DNA of 64,000 nucleotides from Arenicellales bacterium (GTDB lineage: Bacteria > Pseudomonadota > Gammaproteobacteria > Arenicellales > JAJDZL01). Position 1 is the first letter of the stretch. Each line of letters opens with the position of its first letter. This document shows, in pieces, positions 59,851-64,000 of this stretch. A model generated the notes under the pieces. That model saw only the letters and a program-made list of their open reading frames with translations. It had not been told where the DNA came from and made no database searches. The position numbers and the translations under genes are program-made. The stretch covers positions 1,125,649 through 1,189,648 of the forward strand of contig CBDBBP010000001.1 in assembly GCA_965202855.1 (NCBI GenBank), given 5' to 3'.

Positions 59851-60498
59851 TTAAATTTTCTTAATTCTTAAGATTTCGAGCATCTTGCTTGGCCATGGTT
59901 CCGTGACATCTAAGCCATCGACACCATATTTCTCCACGATGTCTCCGGGAACACCATGTACGGTGAAGTAAGCATATGTGCCATCGCCTTCGAAAGACAC
60001 TTCTGTGAAAACATCTTGATGACCGTAGTCCCAGTACAATCCAATGTCGCCAGCAGTGCCGAATTCGGGAAACGGTAACGGAATGTCGATAGGTTTATTG
60101 GCCAAAAATGATAACGCGTCATCTGCGGCGTGTGATGACGGTGCCTTTTTTCCATAATCGTCCCAATTGTCGTCCAATTCCTTATTTGACAGAATTTTTT
60201 GACAAAGCCTGCTTTCGGCTTCGGAAAAGAGTTCAAACCAAGACTCAGAGTCTTTGCCAATTGAAATGTACATTGATGCTTGAAAAGTGGCAGAAGCGGA
60301 CCATGGACAGCGTTTGCTAGATCGGTGCATGGGCAAAAATTTCCTCAATCTTTGATTTTCCTGACTGAGGATTCTTGGACAACTATTTGATGCTGGCGCT
60401 ACCGCAAAAATTTGAATTTTGTCAGAAAAGTCACCAACCGACCCTGGGATTAATTCTATCTTTGGCGAAGATGGCGGAAGATTTTCTGAACTACACAT
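59851..60498 (-). CDS. hypothetical protein; true start probably internal
   Basis: C-terminal part (DDNWDDYGKKAPSSHAADDALSFL...GDIGLYWDYGHQDVFTEVSFEGDGTYAYF) looks like a real globular domain. The N-terminal ~70 codons are low-complexity. Confidence 0.45.
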   Translation of the reverse strand: MCSSENLPPSSPKIELIPGSVGDFSDKIQIFAVAPASNSCPRILSQENQRLRKFLPMHRSSKRCPWSASATFQASMYISIGKDSESWFELFSEAESRLCQKILSNKELDDNWDDYGKKAPSSHAADDALSFLANKPIDIPLPFPEFGTAGDIGLYWDYGHQDVFTEVSFEGDGTYAYFTVHGVPGDIVEKYGVDGLDVTEPWPSKMLEILRIKKI

Positions 60499-61201
60499 GA
60501 CGGACCAACTATTAGGAATTCGGTGCAGAATGCACCGCTGAAATTGCTGGCTTGCTTTCAGCGGCTTTGTTTTTATGTGTCAATTTCAATTTGTACTTTG
60601 TGTCTGGAGCAAGATCAACAAACATATATATACTGAAAGGCGTTTCGAGACCAGGGCTCTAGGTGTTCGAACCTGCTTCTCGAATACGGATCACACCCGT
60701 AACGCTAGTTCGCTATTTTGCATCAAGCGTTTCACCCTGAAACGAAAGCGAGACCTTGAACTTTCCATCGTTCCATTCAATCGTAGGGGTATCGGATTGC
60801 GTGGTCATGCACAACTTCCGCAAGGGGTACCTTAGTAAAATTTCAATGCCGTCGGAAAGATGAAATTTGGAATCGCTTTGAAGAGAAAGACAAACTTTCA
60901 GTCTGAATTGCGGTCGAATTCATTATCTTCGTTTTCACAAGAAACAAGCAAATTTACCTACGATCACATTTGATGGGACATTTCTCTTTAGTCTCGACCC
61001 AGTTGACATAAGCCATTATTGCGTTTGCTCGGAATACGATTCACACCGTTCTCCCAGGTGAATTGATCGGAGTTCAAAAAGTGCGAATATAATCTAATAT
61101 ATTGTTCATATATACGCTGGCAGTTTATGAACACTGGCTCGACTTCTTAGCACACTGCATTCAAAACAACGCTTTCATCCTCTCGGCAATAAATTTTTTA
61201 C

Positions 61202-62425
61202 ATGCATTCCGATAAATCTCAATTCAGTTGGCGGCATCCTCTGATTATCGTTATCTGTGGCAGCTTGGTCATTTTGATTGGATTTGGCACACGGTCTACC
61301 ATGGGAATTTTCCTAGTGCCGATCACTGAAGAGTTCGAGTGGGGTCGAAGTGTTTTTGCATTTGCGGCTGCGATTCAGAATTTGTTCTGGGGCTTTTCAC
61401 AGCCTATATTCGGAGGAATCGCAGATCGTTATGGTTCAGGTCGAGTAATTCTGGTCGGTGGTCTGTGTTACATCGCTGGACTCGGCTTGATGATTTTTTC
61501 ATCTACTCCACTGGGGCTTTATTTGTCCAATGGAGTTCTCATCGGGTTTGGACTTTCTGGTACCACGTTTGCTGTAGTGTTGGCCGTGATAGCACGCGCG
61601 GTTCCAGAAAAACACCGTTCAATGGCATTAGGTTTGGGGTCTGCTGCCGGTTCCTTGGGGCAATTCCTTCTGGTGCCAATTGGGCAGTCATTCGTGACCT
61701 CCTACGGTTGGTCGTTCACTCTGATGATTTTAGCTTGCTTGATGCTGCTTGTCATTCCACTTGCTTCAGTCTTATCTGGCAAACCTGAAGTCAAAGGTCC
61801 AGAGCAAACTCTGAAAGAAGCATTAGTCCAAGCGTCGAGACATTCAGGATACATATATTTAACGTCTGGTTTTTTTGTATGCGGTTTTCAAGTTACATTC
61901 ATCGGCATACACTTGCCGGCATATTTGACTGATGTCGGACTTCCAAGTGGAGTTGGAGCGTGGGCGCTTTCTCTCGTTGGGTTGTTTAATCTGATCGGTA
62001 CTTTAATCGCTGGTTATTTGGGGAGCAGATACACAAAGAAGAGTGTATTGTCATTTATCTATTTAGGCAGAGCTATTGCCATTGCCATCTTTATTACATT
62101 GCCAATTACTGTGGTCAGTGCGTTGGTATTCGCTGCTTCCATGGGAATATTGTGGTTGGCCACAGTTCCTCTGACCTCTGGAATTGTGGGGCAGATTTTC
62201 GGCCCTCGATATCTGGGAACTTTATTTGGATTTGTCTTTTTCAGTCATCAGTTAGGCAGCTTTATTGGAGTATGGCTAGGCGGTGTATTACACGATACAA
62301 CCCATTCCTATGATGTAGTTTGGTGGATCTGCGTTGCACTTGGAGTCATTGCCGCGATACTGCACTGGCCGATTAACGAACGTCCAATCTTTAAAGAGGG
62401 CGGCTGGGTCACGGATTCAACTTAA
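61202..62425 (+). CDS. MFS transporter
   Basis: 407 aa, 12 TM-like segments, GGIADRYGSGRV loop motif. Confidence 0.85.
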   Translation: MHSDKSQFSWRHPLIIVICGSLVILIGFGTRSTMGIFLVPITEEFEWGRSVFAFAAAIQNLFWGFSQPIFGGIADRYGSGRVILVGGLCYIAGLGLMIFSSTPLGLYLSNGVLIGFGLSGTTFAVVLAVIARAVPEKHRSMALGLGSAAGSLGQFLLVPIGQSFVTSYGWSFTLMILACLMLLVIPLASVLSGKPEVKGPEQTLKEALVQASRHSGYIYLTSGFFVCGFQVTFIGIHLPAYLTDVGLPSGVGAWALSLVGLFNLIGTLIAGYLGSRYTKKSVLSFIYLGRAIAIAIFITLPITVVSALVFAASMGILWLATVPLTSGIVGQIFGPRYLGTLFGFVFFSHQLGSFIGVWLGGVLHDTTHSYDVVWWICVALGVIAAILHWPINERPIFKEGGWVTDST

Positions 62426-62466
62426 GTTTGCACCGAAATAATTTAAGTTATCAATGAGGTAAAAAA

Positions 62467-63777
62467 TTGAGTAATCGAATAATTAAATCTGTCGCTGTTT
62501 TAGGTGCTGGAACGATGGGTACAGGCATCGCAGCAGCTTGCGCATCTGCGGGGTGCAAGACAGTGATGCTTGATGTCACTGAAGAACTTGCGCAAAGCGG
62601 CAAAGAAAGAATGTTATTGGGTCGATTTCCTATGCTGGACGATCCCAGCGCAGCTGATCTGATCACGGTCGGAAGTTTTGATGGATCTTTTGAGCTTGCT
62701 GGACAAGCAGATTGGATCTGTGAAGCGGTCATCGAAGATTTAGAAATTAAACGATCCGTCTTTTCACGGCTGGAACAGGTTCGTAAATCAGGCTCGGTTG
62801 TCTCGACAAATACGTCGGGAATTCCTTTGCGTTCTATTTATTCCGGTATGCCAAGCCGATTCAGAAAGGATGTCGTAGTAACTCACTTTTTTAATCCGGT
62901 CAAGGCCATGCGATTGCTTGAGATTGTGCCGGGCGAGGATACAACTTCAGATGTGGTCGAATCACTCGTAGATTTTTGTCGGAAAACTTTAGGAAAAGGA
63001 GTTGTTATCGCAAAGGATACAGTCAATTTTATTGGCAACAGAATTGGCTGTTTTTGGATGTTGGCCGGATTGCATAAAGGGGGTCAAGCGCGCAAAAACG
63101 GAATTACGGTCGATCGCATGGACGCGCTGTTGAGTGCCTCTATGGAAATCCCTCCAACTGGTTTGTATGGATTGATTGACTTGGTTGGTCTGGACGTTAT
63201 GAATCTGGTCGCTGACAACCTAGACCAAAATCTGCCACAAAATGATGTTGGGCGCTTTTATGTGCAGCTGCCAGAGCAAGAAAAGGCGATGCTGGCATCG
63301 GGTCAGCTCGGCCGAAAAACCGGCGGTGGTTTCTATCGGATGCTGAAAAACAAAGATGGCAGTCGACTAAAGGAAAGATTTGATCCCGAAAGCAGGGATT
63401 GGAGCCCAGCACAAAAGTTTAATATTGAAAAAGACCCGCGCAGTTTAATGATTGAATCCAGTATTGAGGGACGGTATGTCTGGGAGTTGGTTTCGGAAAC
63501 TCTTTGCTACGCTGCCGATCTGATTCCAGAAATTTCGGATGACATCGTCAATATTGACCGTGCGATGAGGTGGGGTTTCAACTGGCGAAAAGGCCCTTTT
63601 CAATTGTTGGACTCATTCGGAAACGAAGCGGTCATTCAAAGATTGCAGTCTGAAGGGAGAGCGGTGCCTCGGATGCTGCAATTGCTTCAAGCCAGCGGAA
63701 ATTCAAGTTTTTACGATCAAGAGAACAATCGTTTTTTCGGCGATGATGGTCAATTCCAAGAAATGCCAGAAGAGTAA
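62467..63777 (+). CDS. 3-hydroxyacyl-CoA dehydrogenase family protein
   Basis: VAVLGAGTMGTGIAAACASAGCKTVMLDV Rossmann motif, EAVIEDLEIKRSVF, NTSGIP, HFFNPV. TTG start after a GAGG SD. Confidence 0.85.
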   Translation: MSNRIIKSVAVLGAGTMGTGIAAACASAGCKTVMLDVTEELAQSGKERMLLGRFPMLDDPSAADLITVGSFDGSFELAGQADWICEAVIEDLEIKRSVFSRLEQVRKSGSVVSTNTSGIPLRSIYSGMPSRFRKDVVVTHFFNPVKAMRLLEIVPGEDTTSDVVESLVDFCRKTLGKGVVIAKDTVNFIGNRIGCFWMLAGLHKGGQARKNGITVDRMDALLSASMEIPPTGLYGLIDLVGLDVMNLVADNLDQNLPQNDVGRFYVQLPEQEKAMLASGQLGRKTGGGFYRMLKNKDGSRLKERFDPESRDWSPAQKFNIEKDPRSLMIESSIEGRYVWELVSETLCYAADLIPEISDDIVNIDRAMRWGFNWRKGPFQLLDSFGNEAVIQRLQSEGRAVPRMLQLLQASGNSSFYDQENNRFFGDDGQFQEMPEE

Positions 63778-63814
63778 TTGAGATTTAGTGTCGGAAACCT
63801 GAATTTTGTGCAGT

Positions 63815-64000
63815 TCAAATCCAATAACTTGAGCGTGTCATAAATTTAGACATCAGCTTCATCAATCCTTTGACAGGGTCGGGCAACTCTTTCGTCCCGG
63901 CATGTTCTGCGGTCTTGGCGTGCTTCAGTTCATCTTCTTGCATCTGCGTTAAAATTTTGCTGCTTTTTTTGTCAGTAACCGGCAGGCGATTCAAATGATC
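63815..64000 (-). CDS. coq7: demethoxyubiquinone hydroxylase Coq7, C-terminal 61 codons (5' end outside window)
   Basis: Own translation of the minus strand: DHLNRLPVTDKKSSKILTQMQEDELKHAKTAEHAGTKELPDPVKGLMKLMSKFMTRSSYWI*. The DE..H diiron motif and LP.PVK..M..SK.MT tail are typical of bacterial Coq7. Not in the ORF track because it has no in-window start. Confidence 0.75.
   Translation of the reverse strand, partial: DHLNRLPVTDKKSSKILTQMQEDELKHAKTAEHAGTKELPDPVKGLMKLMSKFMTRSSYWI

Noticed and set aside
1-64000. Antisense or overlapping ORFs inside confident genes (e.g. 1766..2206, 7765..8286, 15578..16111, 20051..22282 series, 40558..41310, 43194..43640, 52685..53179, 28290..28649, 61339..61788)
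   Set aside because: They lie wholly within better-supported genes on the other strand or frame. They have low-complexity or Arg/Cys/His-rich composition typical of shadow ORFs in GC-rich or biased sequence.
1-64000. CRISPR arrays, rRNA and tRNA genes
   Set aside because: No regularly spaced short direct repeats were seen. I also saw no tRNA-like cloverleaf candidates or rRNA-like conserved blocks while reading the intergenic regions. A tRNAscan/Infernal run would be needed for certainty.

Overview
The window reads like a moderate/low-GC gammaproteobacterial chromosome, possibly a sulfur oxidiser given a partial aprA at the left edge (inference only). Housekeeping blocks are broken up by four accessory or mobile patches.

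Core blocks:
- UDG-like, murJ, DUF2203, ribF, ileS, lspA (11.5-18.7 kb)
- PLP desulfhydrase-like gene, TAXI-type TRAP transporter, orphan peptide-type SBP, DUF523/DUF1722 (18.8-26.4 kb)
- yhcB, DUF1820, hydrolase, gltA, frameshifted MATE gene (35.5-40.4 kb)
- leuCD (42.7-44.8 kb)
- second citrate synthase, DUF3179, MFS, rhomboid, thioredoxin-like, SDR, MscS, hydrolase, metY (45.7-57.9 kb)
- MFS, 3-hydroxyacyl-CoA dehydrogenase, partial coq7 (61.2-64 kb)

Accessory patches:
1. 2.4-11.1 kb: degraded DNA with a 17-nt poly-C tract, an HNH-like ORF, an AbiEi/AbiEii toxin-antitoxin pair, a truncated IS110 with a second intact IS110 inserted into it, and an IS1595 remnant.
2. 26.35-34.4 kb: an IS3 remnant, a nested or duplicated IS110 left end plus an intact IS110, pseudogenes for a tyrosine recombinase, a Dam-like methylase, a DUF4338 protein and an Rpn/DUF4351 protein, and an AT-rich two-gene cassette (frameshifted GIY-YIG nuclease + 539-aa DGQHR/DndB-like protein).
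3. 40.5-45.4 kb: a decayed IS1380 whose ~300-bp right end recurs as a direct repeat on the far side of leuCD.
4. 57.9-61.2 kb: a gene-poor stretch with a HIRAN-domain gene and two unknown ORFs.

I found no rRNA, tRNA or CRISPR arrays.

Most interesting observations:
- The orphan GIY-YIG + DGQHR cassette is a candidate uncharacterised defence module.
- Short segments in the IS110 left-end non-coding region match that element's own insertion junctions, and they covary with a second copy. This is the pattern expected for bridge-RNA guides.

All family assignments come from motif recognition by eye. No searches were run.
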